Below are positions 25,901-37,899 of a DNA stretch of 64,000 nucleotides, one piece after another. Both the position numbers and the translations under genes were made by a program. Source of the stretch: Prorocentrum cordatum (taxonomy: Eukaryota). The stretch is taken from assembly GCA_963575745.1 (NCBI GenBank), contig CAUYUJ010000115.1:1-64000 (forward strand). The letters are read 5' to 3'. Numbering within the stretch: position 1 is the stretch's first letter; each line of letters starts with the position of its first letter. The notes below the pieces were generated by a model, which was given only the letters and a program-made list of their open reading frames with translations, ran no database searches and was not told the origin of the DNA.

Positions 25901-27000
25901 TAAACACCTTGGCATTCACATCGGCGATGACGGGTCGCAGGGCCTGCTTCGCGCGTCGCCGAGCCCATCGTGGATGGAGCTTTCCATTTGCACCCTGTCC
26001 TCTCAGAAGACGTGGGAGGCCCTGTCTCGCGGGGCAAGTCATCCGTCGCGTGTCCCTCTCAGGCCATTGGGTCCAAGATCGGAGGTCGCCCCGGGGGCCC
26101 GAAAAAGGGAAAGTGCAGGCGGCGGCGCCGCCGCGCACCCGAGGGCACATGATATTGCGGGGGGGCCCAGGAGGTAAGGTCGCAGAGATTAGAAATTCTG
26201 CAAACCCCATGTCGTCTCACGCAGCGCGTTCCGCGCCGTCGCAGGCGTCGGCCTGCTCCAGGCCAGCGCCGCTGCGGGCGCAGCCTGTCCTCGGGGCCCC
26301 TCGCAGGGGCTGCGTGCACGTCGGAGTGCGCGCGGCGCTTCCGAGTGCGAACTGGCTGGGCTGCGGCGTTGCATGGGTCGAGGTCCAAATTTTCTAGGTC
26401 AGAGCAGTGCCGCCTCCACCCTCGTCCAGGAGGCCGTCCCGCGCCGCCTCCCGCCCGTCGCGTCGCGGCTGTGCGCCGCGCTCAGGAGGCAAGGGCTAAC
26501 CATTGCAAGGTGCTCAAGAGCCCACTGACATTATATTATCATCAGGCCAGCCTCGGATCAGATCTTCGGGGGCACCAGTGCGAAGGAGAGAACGAGCTTG
26601 CTAAGGGGCGTGCCATGGGCCAGTTCGGAGCCACACAGATGCGCCTTTTCCTGGATCAGCTGGATTTCTTTCACCGAGCTCGACGGCTTCTACGGGGAAC
26701 TTGGCGTGGCCCCCATGCCCGCGCCCCTCGTCAAGTCGGCGGCGCATGAAGGCGCGATGCGCCAGCTCCAGAGAGATGCAGGCGAGGCCCAGGACCTCGA
26801 CTGCAGGCTGTGCCACGGCGTCGTTGCCCGCGGTCTGAGGCCTAACATGTGCTCCGCATGCGAGAAATGATGCGTCCGGGGCCTTGGATGCGGCGCTGCC
26901 TGGTCGAGGGGTCGCGCGATCCGAGCGCGACGCCCGACTCGATGTTCCATCGGATGCAGCGTTGTTCGGCAGCGCGGGATGAGAGGGGCGCACCTGTGGA
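22963..27000 (+). mobile_element. Decayed APE-type non-LTR retrotransposon
   Basis: APE motifs in order at ~23560-24210: VETATCTW, AVLAQEHH, SSGGVAIL, IAGDGLQMEP, KLYYFVVS, PHKHVRL; then KHLGIHIG (RT domain 7-like, ~25900) and DSMFHRMQRC (zinc knuckle-like, ~26940); many stops and frameshifts. Confidence 0.7.
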
Positions 27001-28253
27001 TGTGGATGCCCAGGGGGCTGCCAGAGCGGCTGATCACTCTCGACACTCAGCGGGTGCTGCTGCGCGTCAGAGGAATCTGCCCACGTCCGGGAAACCCGCG
27101 GCCTCTCTTGAGGCAGAGAGGCGGCGTCTGCACGACGCGGGAGAAGGACGCGGCGAGAGGACGCAGTTGCGTCGGGTGAACTTCTCATTGGTGCCAGGTG
27201 CGAGAAGGATAACATGCCCGGCGACCCATGCAGGGCAAGCTGGGGGGCTGCAGCCCGCGACGAGACTGGCAAGGGAGTCTGCGCGATGCTCGGGCCCTTC
27301 TGCGCCCCCCCACCCAAAAACAGCATGCAGAAACAGAGGCCAGTTCGGCCAGGGAAGTCTCAGGAGGGAAAAAAACACACAGGCACAATGAATCGTCGAT
27401 TCCCAGGAAAATATGGGGAAACATGGGCAGTGGGGGGGGGGGCAGAACCCCAGAAAATATAAGAAAGATGGGGGATCCTCTTATTTGTGTGCATTTATTT
27501 GTGTGTCCCCGCCTGGGAGGCCTCGTCGCTACGGCATCGCTGGGAGGCCCCGGGCGTGCTCCGACTGTCTCCTCGTTGCCTGCGCTCTGCGCGCGCCCCG
27601 GAGCCGCCCGGCCGTCCTGCCGGGGGCCCCGCGTTGGTGGAGCGCGCCCCTTGCTGGGCGCCCCTGGGGGGGGGGGGGGGCAAGAGAGGCGAAGGCGCGC
27701 GCCCCGGGGGGAGACGCCCGATTCAACCAGGCGGTCGTTTTTCCATCCAACCCGTCGTGTTGGGTCCTCGCATTGGAGATGCAGCGCCTCTCTCCCCTCC
27801 TCTCCTCGCGCTCTTCCCTCCCGCCCCTGCCCCTGCCCGCCGCGCCAGTCGACCACTTCGGCGCGCCCTTGCGCGCTTCGTCGCCGCATTGGGAGCTCCG
27901 CCGAAGGCCCCCGCGGCGCCGCCCGCGCGCGTCCCCGCCGCGTATTTCGGCACGCCCCTTGCACGCTTCTTGGCCCCATAGGGAGCTTCGCCCGAGGCCG
28001 AAATTGCACCGCCCGCATGCGTCCCAGCCGCCCATTCCGGTGCACGCACTCGAACTCCTCGCGCGCTTCGTGGCTTCATAGGGAGCTCCGCCTGTGGCCC
28101 GACTGGTGCTGCCCGCGTGCGTCCCCGCCACGAATTTCGGCACGCCCGTCTCACGCTGCGTGGCCCCATGGGGGCCTCCACCTACGGCCCAATTGGCACT
28201 GTCCGCATGCGCCCCCGCCGCCGATTAAACCTCCGCCCCCCCCCCCCCCACCA

Positions 28254-28374
28254 CGCACACACGCACGCGCACGCGCGCACGCACACACACGCACACACAC
28301 ACACACGCACGCACACACACGCACACGCACACGCACACGCACACGCACACACACACGCACACACACACGCACGC

Positions 28375-28443
<69 letters not shown>

Positions 28444-28479
28444 CACACACACGCACGCACGCACGCACGCACGCGCGCT

Positions 28480-28555
<76 letters not shown>

Positions 28556-29297
28556 GGCACGCAGGCACGCACGCACGCAGGCACGCAGGCACGCAGGCAC
28601 GCAGGCACGCAGGCACGCAGGCACGCAGGCACGCAGGCACGCAGGCACGCAGGCACGCAGGCACGCAGGCACGCACCACACACACACACACAACCGCAAA
28701 CACACGCAAACACACGCAATCACACGACAACCCCGCCACGCAACGCACGCACGCTACGCACGCCCGCGCGCACGGCACGCACGCACGCCACGCACGCCAC
28801 GCACGCCACGCACGCCGCACGCACGCCGCGCGCCAACGCACGCACGCACGCACCGCAACGCCACGCAACGCACGCAGCACGCGCGCGCGCCCCCGCACCG
28901 CACGCACCCGCACGCAATCGCACGCACGCACCACTCACGCACGCAGCACGCACACCACAGCACACACACACACACACACACACGCACACACACACACACG
29001 CACACACGACACACACACACATGCGCACACACATACACACATACACACTTACACACATACACACATACACACACACACACACGCACACGCACACGCACAC
29101 GCACACGCACACGCACACGCACACGCACACGCACACGCACACGCACACGCACACGCACACGCACACGCACACGCACACGCACACGCACACGCACACGCAC
29201 ACCCACACCCACACCCACACTCACACCCACACCCACACCCACACCCACACCCACACCCAAACCCCTGACACACACACACACACACCACACACACACA

Positions 29298-29348
<51 letters not shown>
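28254..29348. repeat. Compound (CA)n/(CGCA)n/(CGCAGGCA)n/(CACACG)n microsatellite
   Basis: Direct inspection. Confidence 0.95.
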
Positions 29349-29352
<4 letters not shown>

Positions 29353-31071
29353 TGCGGCCCCATAAGGGGGCTCCACCCAGGGCCCCACATGGCGCCGCCC
29401 GCACGCGTCCCCGCCTCTGACTTCGGCACACCCCTCGCACGTTTCGCGGCCACATAGGTAGCTCCACCAAAAGCCCAAATGGCACCACCCGCATGCGTCC
29501 CCGCCACACATTTCGGCACGCCCCTCACACGCTTCGTGGCCCCGGTGCGAGTTCCACCCAAGGCCCAAACGGCGCCGCCCGCACGAGCCCCCGCCACCCA
29601 TTCCGGCGCACCCCTCACACGGTTCGTGGCTGCGTATAGGAAGCCCCGCCAAAAGCTAAACATGAGTTGCCCGCGTGCGTCCCCGCCGCCCTTATTGGCA
29701 TGCCCCATCGGGACCCCCGCCCAATGCCCAACTGGCGTCGTCCGCATGCACCCCCGTCGCCAACTTCGGCACACCCCTTCAGGCGCTTCGCGGCTCCATG
29801 GAAGCTCCTCCCTAGGCCGACATGGTGCCACCCGCATGCGGCCCCGCCACCCTTTCTGGCACACACCCCACACACGCTTCGTGACTACATAGCAGCTCCA
29901 CCCAATGCTCAAATGTTGCCGCCCGCATGCGTCCCCGCCAACCATGTCGGCGCACCCTTCGTACGTTTCGTGGCCCCGTGGGAACCTCCACCCGAGGCCT
30001 AAATTATGCCGCTCGCATGCGTCCCCGCCAACTGTTTCGGCACACCACTTACACCTTTCGTGGCCCCAGGAGCTCCCTCCACCCAAGGCCCACATGGCGC
30101 CGTCCGCATGCGTCCCCGCCACGCATGTCGGCACACCCCTCACACGCTTCGCGGCCCCATAGGGAGCTCCACCGCAGGCCCGAATTGTGCCGTCCGCAGG
30201 CGCCCCCGCAACCGATGGCGGCACAACCCTGACGCACTGTGTGGCCCCATGGGGAGTTGCACCCGAGGCCCTGGCGCCGTCCGCATTCGTCCCCGCGTCC
30301 TATGTCGACGGGCCCCTTCGCACGCTTCGTGGCCCCACGCGGAGTTCCACCCAAAGCGCCAACGGCGCCGTTCGCATGCGTCCCCGTCACCAATTCCAGC
30401 ACGCCCTTCACACGCACCCCGTAGGGAGGAGCTCCACCCAAGGCCCCACATGGCGCCGTCTGCATGCGTCGCGGCCACCCATGTTGGCACACCCCTCGCA
30501 CGTCTCGCGGCCCCACGAGGAGTTGCACCGAAGGTTTCAGCGGCACCCTCCGCACGCGCCCCCACCACCCAATACGGCGCGCCCTTTGCGCGTTTAGTGC
30601 TCTTGTGGGGAGCTCCACGAAGGCGCCAGTGGCGACGCGCGCAAGCGGTCCCCAACCCATTTCGGCACACCGTTCACGCGGTGCATGTCCTTACAGGGAG
30701 CTACACCCAATGTCCCAGCGCATCGTAAGCACGCGCCGCCCCCTCAAATGTTCTTCGCGTTTCGTGGCCCCACAGGCAGCTCCACCCAGGGCCCCATTAG
30801 GAGATCCACTGATGGCGATATCCGCGACGACGGCACTCGCAACTGGATGCGGTTGGGTCTTTCGCATGGTTTTTTCAGGTCAGAATTGGCAATGGCGATG
30901 CTGACAGGGCGGCTAAGTTAGGGTTGAGGCTTCACCCCTCAGCCATCAGCGAGCGAGAGACACGCCTTGACTTCGCAAGACTGCAGCCCTTTCTCAGGAA
31001 CGAGTTGTTTGCACTTACGGCCTAGGCTCGACCTCGCGGGATTGGGGCTTTGGGGGGGCCCGAGATTGATG

Positions 31072-31167
31072 TCAGCGCCGCCGCCTCCAAGGATCGCGGC
31101 TGGGCGCGGCGCCGCCGTTGCTGGAGATGCTCCACGCGCCCCAGCTGCAAGCGCCGCCCCTCTCCTC
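31072..31167 (-). CDS. Candidate terminal exon of a minus-strand gene
   Basis: ccag|G acceptor, high-GC3 frame EERGGACSWGAWSISSNGGAAPSRDPWRRRR*, in phase with the exon at 33575-33650. Confidence 0.35.
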   Translation of the reverse strand, partial: EERGGACSWGAWSISSNGGAAPSRDPWRRRR

Positions 31168-32394
31168 CTGGTTGGAGCGGCCGCGTTCCTGAGGCCATCA
31201 CTGGGCTCAGCGTTCAGCGGCCGTGGGGCGCAATGCGACGAAGCTTCTGCGTTCCGACGATTCTCCCGCTCTGTGCGTGCGTGCGCGTGGCACGCGAGGC
31301 ATGCGCCGCGCTGGGCCCCCCCGCTGCTCGAGTCCAAAGTCGCCCCCCCCCTCCCCCCCGCCCGCGTCGGCGCGCCCCTCGCAAGCTCCGCGGCCCTATA
31401 TGAAGGCTCCACCGGAATCCCCAGTGGCGCAGTTCGAACGCGCCCCCGCAACCAATTTCGGCGCGCCTCTCGCACGCTGCGTGGACCCATAGGGAGCTTG
31501 GCCGAAGATCCCAGCGGCGCAGTTCGCACGCGTCCCCGCCGCCCATGTCGGCGCACCCTTGACGCGTTTCGTTTCCCCAGCTGGAGCTCCACCGAAGGTC
31601 CCACTGGCGCAATTAGCGTGCGCCCCCGCCACCCATGTCGGCTCCCCTCGCACGCTGTGCGGCACCATAGGGAACTTCGCCGACGGTCCTAGCGGCGCAG
31701 TTCTCATGCGTCCCCGCCACTCATTTCGGCACACCGTCACACGCTTCGTGGCCCCTTAGGGAGCTCCACTCAACTGGCAGTTCGCATGCGTCCCCGCTCC
31801 CAATTTCGGCGCACGCCTCACGCGTTTCGTGGCCCCATTGGGAGCTCCACCGAAGATCCCAGTGGGCCTCCGCCCAAGTTCACGCACCCCTCGCACAGTT
31901 CGTGGCCCCGTAGGGAGCTAAACCGAAGATCGCAGTGGCGCAGTGAGCACGCGTCCCCGCCATAAATTTCGGCTCACCCCACACACGCTTCGTGTCCCCA
32001 TAGGGAATTCCACCGAACGCCCCAGTGCCACCACTTTCGGTACACTGCTCACTCGTTTCGTGCCCCCAAAGGAAGCTCCACCGAAGGTCTCAGTGGCGCA
32101 GTTTGCATGCGCACCCGCGAACAATTTCGGCACACCCCTCAGACTGTGCTGGCCTCATGCGGAGCTACACCGGAGATCCCAGTGGCGCAGTTTGCATGCG
32201 CCCCCGTCACCCGTGTCGGCACACCCCTCACATGTCTCGTGGCCTCGTAGGGAGATCCCACAGATATCCCAGCGGGCAGTCCGCACACGTCCCCGACGCC
32301 CAGCTCGGCAAACCTCTTACTCGTGTCGGGGCCCCGTAGTGAGCTTTACCGAAGATCCTGGCGGAGCAGTTCGCATGCGTCCCCGCCATTACAG

Positions 32395-32550
32395 TGCCGT
32401 TTTTAATACATGCTCCGCGTGCGGACCATGTGTGAAAAATACAGGGTTGATTTACACATGCAAGGATGAGTTGATGCATTAATCTATTCATAAATTAATC
32501 ATGCATTAAATTCCTATGTGTTAAACATCCCATGTATTAAAAATCTGCCC
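32395..32550. mobile_element. AT-rich MITE-like insertion in the satellite (related sequence ~62437-62516)
   Basis: tttttaatacatg...catgtattaaaaa inverted ends; right half homologous to 62437-62516. Confidence 0.55.
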
Positions 32551-33574
32551 GGTAAGTTCGGCACACCCCTCACGCGCTTCGTGGCCCCATGGAGAGCTCC
32601 ACCCGCGGCCCGCAGGCAGCCGCCCCCGCCTGCGTCTCCGACGCCCCTTTCGGCACACCCCTCGCTCGGCTTCGTGGCCTTCGTGTGGCCCCGTTGGGAG
32701 TTCCGCCGAAGACCCCAAGGTAGCAGCTCGAAGGAGTCCCCGCAGCCCAGTTCGGCACGTCCTTCGCTCGCTTCGTGGCCCCACAAGGGGCTCCACCGAA
32801 GGTCCCAGCGGCGCAGCTCACACGTGCCCCCACCAACATGTCGGCATACCCCACACACGTTCGTGGCTCCATCGGGACCCCCGCCGAAGATCCAAGCGGC
32901 CAGTTCTCATGCGTCCTCGCCCCCAATGTCGGCAGACCCTCACACGGTTCGTGGCCCCATATGGAGCTCCACCGGAGATCCCCGTGGGCGTCCCGCGTGC
33001 GTCCCCGCCATCCATTTCGGCTCTTCTCATGCGCTTTGTGGCCCCGCAGGGAGCTCTACCGAAGATCCCAGTGGCGCCGCCCGCATGCGTCCCCGCCACA
33101 TCTTTCGCCACACGCTTCACACGTTTCGTGGCTCCGTAGGGAGCTCCACCGAAGACCCCACCCGCATGCGGCCCCGCCACCTATCTCCGTGCACCCCTCA
33201 CATGTCTCGTTGCCCCGTAGGGAGCTGCACCGCCCGCATCTGTCGCCGACACCCACTTCGGCACACCCCTCATGCGTTTCGCGGCCGTCTACAGGACTCC
33301 ACCGAAGGCCCCAGTGGCGCCGTTCGCATGTGCCCCCGCCTCCCATGTCTGCACACCCCTCGCACGTTTCGTGGCCTCACACGCTTCGTGGCCTCACCGA
33401 AGGTCCCCGCGCCAGGGTTCGTATGCGGCTCTCCGCCCACCGCATGTTAATTCCGAAACGTTCCTCACAATGTTCGTGGCCCCATAGAGGTGTTTCCCCT
33501 TTCTCTGTCTCACCTGCACCTGCAGATGGTTGGGCTCTTCGCCACGATAGATATGGCAAGGTTCCCCTCTCTTC

Positions 33575-33650
33575 CATCGAGAAGGGCGGGCAGCCCGGCG
33601 GGTAGCTCCAGGAGGTGAGGGAGGCCCTCTCCTTGAAGAGGACGAGGCCC
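33575..33650 (-). CDS. Candidate internal exon
   Basis: aaaag|G acceptor; every codon GC3: GLVLFKERASLTSWSYPPGCPPFSM. Confidence 0.45.
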
Positions 33651-34520
33651 CTTTTGTCCGAACTGCCCCCCATACGCTCCGCTGCGTTTGACGATTCCGA
33701 CAGGGCTCCTGGGCCCTTTTGGTCTCCCCCGTCTGCGTGGGCCACCGCGGGGTCGCCCTTCAGCCCTCAAGTGGGGGCTGGCTCCTTGGCGGAAATTCCT
33801 CCTCTTCTTTCTCCTCTTCCTCCTCTTCCTCCTCTTCCTCCTTTTTCTCCGGTTCTTCTCCTTATAATTAATTCCTTCCCGTCGCATCCCGAAGCCGGTC
33901 GAAAGGGCGGGCCGGACGTTACGCTTGATACCTCCTCACCATGTATGACCCGAAGGAGGGCGGGCCGCTTCCAAAATGTGGCTCCCGCCTTAGCGCCGCA
34001 CGCAGTCGTTTAAACTTTACAAGAGCTTCAAACATTGATGGGGTGGCCGTTTTCCAAATGTGGCTCTCGCCTCAGCTCCGCGCACGCTCGTCTTAAACAT
34101 ATGCAAGGGCTGCATGAATTGAGGACGGTTAGTTCCCAACATGTGGTTCTAGCTTTAGCCCCGCGCAGAGTCGTTTTAAGAATTTGCAAGAGCTTCACGG
34201 ATTCAGGGCGACTTGTTTTTAAATCGTGGTTCTGGCCAGAGCGTTGGGCACATGCGTTCCAAAAGCTTGCCAGAGGTTCACGGATTCCCATGGTCAACGT
34301 ACCAGAAATGTTTTTCTTGTTGCGAAAAGGATTCAGGAATGTGTCGGCGTAACAGTTACGTTGATTCGCGGTGTCTAAGTCTCAGGAATGGTGTTCTGGC
34401 ACGATTCAGGATCGCCAAGACGCAAGAGTCAGATTGATCCGTGGCGTTGGAGTTTCGAGAGTTCTGTTTTGGCAAGTTTGAGGGTCTTCAAACGGTTGTC
34501 TCCCAAAGGGGCAGTTCCGC

Positions 34521-34612
34521 CAGTGGAAATGAACCTTTGTAGGGGCCCATGAAGAGGGAGCTTGGAGGGAGGGTTTATTCTAACATCATTGATGAGTCTT
34601 GGGTGTGCACTG
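34521..34612. repeat. ~92 bp dispersed element with cagtg...cactg ends (second copy 42031-42121)
   Basis: Two alignable copies, each followed by a CCT tract. Confidence 0.65.
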
Positions 34613-34613
34613 G

Positions 34614-35040
34614 TCCTCCTCCTCCTCCTCCTCCTCCTCCCTCTCCTCCTCCCTCTCCTCCCCCTCTTCCTCCTCCTCCTCCTCCTCCTCCTCCTCCTCC
34701 TCCTCCTCCTCCTCCCTCTCCTCCCCCTCTTCCTCCTCCTCCTCCTCCTCCTCCTCCTCCTCCTCCTCCTCCTCCTCCTCCTCCTCCTCCTCCTCCCCCT
34801 CTTATTCCTCCTCCTCCTCCTCCTCCCCCTCTTATTCCTCCCTCCTCCTCCTCCTCCTCCTCCTCCTCCTCCTCCTCCTCCTCCTCCCCCCTGGGTCGAA
34901 TGGAACATGAGGGCAGAGTCTGGACGCCCAAACCTCCTCCTCCCTCCTCCTTCTCCCTCCTCCTCCCCCCCTCCTCGTCTTCCTCCTCCTCCTCCTCTTC
35001 CTCGCCCTCCTCCTCCTCCTCCTCCTCCTCCTCCTCCTCC
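34614..35040. repeat. (CCT)n microsatellite
   Basis: Direct inspection. Confidence 0.95.
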
Positions 35041-35061
35041 TTCATCGCCCCCTCATTGAGC

Positions 35062-35212
35062 CTCGCCCAGCGCGGCCCCCCTGCGCGGCGGGCGGCCTCC
35101 CTGCGCGGCGGCGGCGGCGGCTCCTGCGTGGCGGCGGCCATCTGCGCGGCGGCGGCCTCCGAGGCGGTGTCCGAGCCGCCCCCCCCTCCCGCGGCGGGGT
35201 GAGGCGCGCGGC
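35062..35212 (-). CDS. Candidate exon
   Basis: High-GC3 frame ...SDTASEAAAAQMAAATQEPPPPPRREAARRAGGPRWA, possible AG|GC donor at 35061. Confidence 0.3.
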
Positions 35213-35323
35213 CTCGCCTTACGGAGCCTGCGCGATCTCTCGCCGCCAGTGGCGCCGCCAGTGCCTGTCAGGCGGGGTCCCCACTGCGCGGCGTCGTCTC
35301 TTCGCGTGCTGGCCCCGCTGCGC

Positions 35324-35355
<32 letters not shown>

Positions 35356-36178
35356 TGAGGAGAAACGGCGGGGGTGAGTGACAGGAGTACAGTCGGCCCG
35401 AGGTAGAAGATCGAGGTCGGTTCGGGGAGGGTACCCTCAAGTGCTTCACGTATGTTGGATGTTCTTGTGTGTTCTGGGGAGGGCACCCTAGGATGTTCGG
35501 TATGTTTTGGCCAGCGGAGGGCCTCAGTTCTTGAAGGATGTTCTTCTGGCCTTGGTCCGACTGTAGAGGCATGAGGGAGAGGAGGAGTATGATGAGGAGG
35601 AGGAGGAAGAGGAAGAGGAGGGGGAAAAGGAACAGCAGGATGAGGCGGCGGAGGCGGAGGGGGAGTGATAAGAGGCGCAGGAAGTGAGGGTATACGAGTG
35701 GGCCACGGCCGCCGAAGAGGGCGCAGAGACATGGATGCTCGACTCACGTGCGGTCAAAGCCCAGCACGAAGTAGCGCCGGAAGGAATGCTGCTTCGACAA
35801 CACATGTATCAACCAGCGCTGCCCTTTCTGACACCCTAGCTAGTCCAGGGCCCGTCGGCCCATCCCGCCACCGCGCCTGGCTGTCGACCGCAGGCCTCTT
35901 GAATTTATCTCGGGGGGCCTCTCGGGGGCCTCGTGGAGAACTCTTGGGGCGTTTTGGGAGCCTGGTTGTGGTGTGACGGAGGCCTCTGGCGGGACTCTTG
36001 GAGGCATCTTCGGGCTCATCTTGAGCCCCTTCTTTCGAATTCCCGTTTTTTGGCCAGCTTCGAAGCGTATTGAGCCCCTCGTGGCGGTTCTTGGGCCGCC
36101 TTGGGCTCTCAAAATTGCCCGAACAAGCTACGAGCACTCAGTGGATCTTGATAAATTTGTCTTCTCTCCTCCGCACGC

Positions 36179-36197
36179 GCAGCCGTTTTGGGTCAAG
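36179..36197 (+). promoter_or_regulatory. Relict DinoSL / trans-splice acceptor of P1 copy 1
   Basis: gcagccgttttgggtcaag vs DinoSL 3' part gtagccattttggctcaag (16/19), after a pyrimidine tract. Confidence 0.75.
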
Positions 36198-36261
36198 CAG
36201 GTCGAGGCTCACGGTCTAAGAGAGGCCCCGGCGCGAGGTAAGCAGCGCACCGCGATCCGCC

Positions 36262-36621
36262 ATGGCGGAGGTGGCGGCGGACGAGGTGCCCCAGGCCGAG
36301 AAGGACGAGCTGTTCTGCGCGTACGCGGCGATGATCCTCAAGGACTCCGAGCTGGAGGTCTCGGAGGAGAACCTCACGACCCTCATCAAGGCCGCCGGCG
36401 GCTCCATCGAGTCCTTCTTCCCCGCTCTGTTCGCCAAGATGTGTGCTGGCAAGGACCTGGAAGACTTCCTGAAGTTTGGCGGCGGCGGGGGGGCTCCGGC
36501 TGCCGGAGGAGGCGGAGGTGGCGGCGGAGGTGGCGATGGACCGGCGGCCGAGAAGAAGGAGGAGAAGAAGGTCGAGGAGGAGGAAGAGGAGGAGGACGTG
36601 GACTTCGACCTCTTCGGCTGA
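36262..36621 (+). CDS. RPLP1: 60S acidic ribosomal protein P1, copy 1 (119 aa)
   Basis: ELFCAYAAMILKD N-domain, FFPALFAK, Gly/Ala hinge, acidic tail KKEEKKVEEEEEEEDVDFDLFG; strong GC3; gccATGg context. Confidence 0.95.
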   Translation: MAEVAADEVPQAEKDELFCAYAAMILKDSELEVSEENLTTLIKAAGGSIESFFPALFAKMCAGKDLEDFLKFGGGGGAPAAGGGGGGGGGGDGPAAEKKEEKKVEEEEEEEDVDFDLFG

Positions 36622-36971
36622 GGGCGCGCCGTGTGCCCCAGGGGTTCCAGGGCCTACACTTGCGCGCGGGCCCACCTCCCCGCTCCCCGCCATCCCCATC
36701 CTTGCCTCTGCCGACCCTCCCTCCTCTCTCTGGCATCCCTTCCTGCCTCCCTCCGCCCTGCCCTGCCCCTCCCTCCCTCCGTTCGGACGGCTCCCTCATA
36801 CATCTGTTCCGCCCTCCCTCTCCCACCCCCATCCATCCTTATTCCATCGCTCGTCACTTCCCCACCCCTTCTCCCTATGTTGCCTCCCCTTTTAGATTCC
36901 CCCATGCATCTCGTCTGCCCTCCCTGTCTCCCAGCCGCCTCCTCTGTCGTCCGTCACACATACTTCCTCCC

Positions 36972-36992
36972 TTCGTAGCCTTTTGGCTCAAG
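36972..36992 (+). promoter_or_regulatory. Near-complete DinoSL copy
   Basis: ttcgtagcc-ttttggctcaag vs DCCGTAGCCATTTTGGCTCAAG; a second ttggctcaa at 37021-37029. Confidence 0.8.
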
Positions 36993-37130
36993 GGGGCCCG
37001 CCTCCTCAAGAAGGCCCAGGTTGGCTCAAATGTTCCGGATGCTCGACAACGGTCGAGGGTCTCGAGAAGGCGTTGTTTTCTCGAAGCGTCGATCAAGAAT
37101 TGCGGTCGGACCAAACAATGAAGCGCAGCA

Positions 37131-37860
37131 ATGCGGTTGCTCTGCGAAGGAATTCGAGTAGGTGCGCAACTCGTCCCAAGCCACTACGTTGCGGCTGTCA
37201 GACCATGCAGAAAAGGCGGCCAATGGCAACTCGCGCTGTCAGTACTGAGCGAGATGTTGGAAGTGAAGCTGGAGCCCGACATCATCTCTCCTACAATAGC
37301 CGGGTCCGCGCGTGCGGTGCCCAGCGCAGTGGCAGCGAGCCGCCCCCCCCCGGCCGCTTCGGGGTGGCCGTCGGGGTCGCCTCGGAGCCTCTGGAGCGGC
37401 TCCGATCTGGAGCGGCTCCGATCGCGCAGCGGACGCTCCGTGACTGCCGAAGATCCGCTCCAGACGCCCCCAAGACGGCCTCAGGACGGCTCAAGACGCC
37501 CCCGAGTTGCCCCGAGAGACCTCCGAGCGGGCCCTTACGACGCAAAAATCGTCCCATTCCCTTCGTAAAACGTAAATGTTTGGAGAACAGATGTGGGAGG
37601 TGAAGCTGGAACCCAACGTCGTCTCTACTACAATGCATCAGCTACAACGCTGGGATCAGCGCGTGCGCGAACGGCGAGCAGTGGCAGCTCGCTCTGGCGC
37701 TGCTGAGCGAGATGTGGAGGCTAAGATGGAGCCCGCCGTCATCAGTTACAACGCTACAGCGCTGGGATCAGCGCGTGCGCGAAGGGCGAGCAGTGGCAGC
37801 GGGCCCTGGCCCTGGTGTGCGAGATGCGAAAGGCGAAGCTGGAGCCCGCCGTCATCTCTA
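37131..37860 (+). pseudogene. Frameshifted pentatricopeptide-repeat (PPR) gene remnant
   Basis: CRKGGQWQLALSVLSEMLEVKLEPDII, MWEVKLEPNVVS, SYNAGISACANGEQWQLALALLSEM, GISACAKGEQWQRALALVCEMRKAKLEPAVIS spread over several frames. Confidence 0.85.
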
Positions 37861-37899
37861 TTAGAATGCACCGTTCACCGCTAGCCAAATGGGCGAGCA

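Larger units (their letters stand above)
27850..33485. repeat. Satellite of ~88-90 bp units, interrupted by CA-rich microsatellite, unique sequence and a MITE
   Basis: Core ttcggcacacccctcacacgcttcgtggccccatagggagctccaccgaagg repeated dozens of times. Confidence 0.9.

Noticed and set aside
27228..30224. Long THARTH / VCVC ORFs
   Set aside because: CA-type microsatellite and satellite translations
36972..37030. SL RNA gene
   Set aside because: No GT donor or SL intron after the 22-mer and it has a deletion; better read as a retroposed relic
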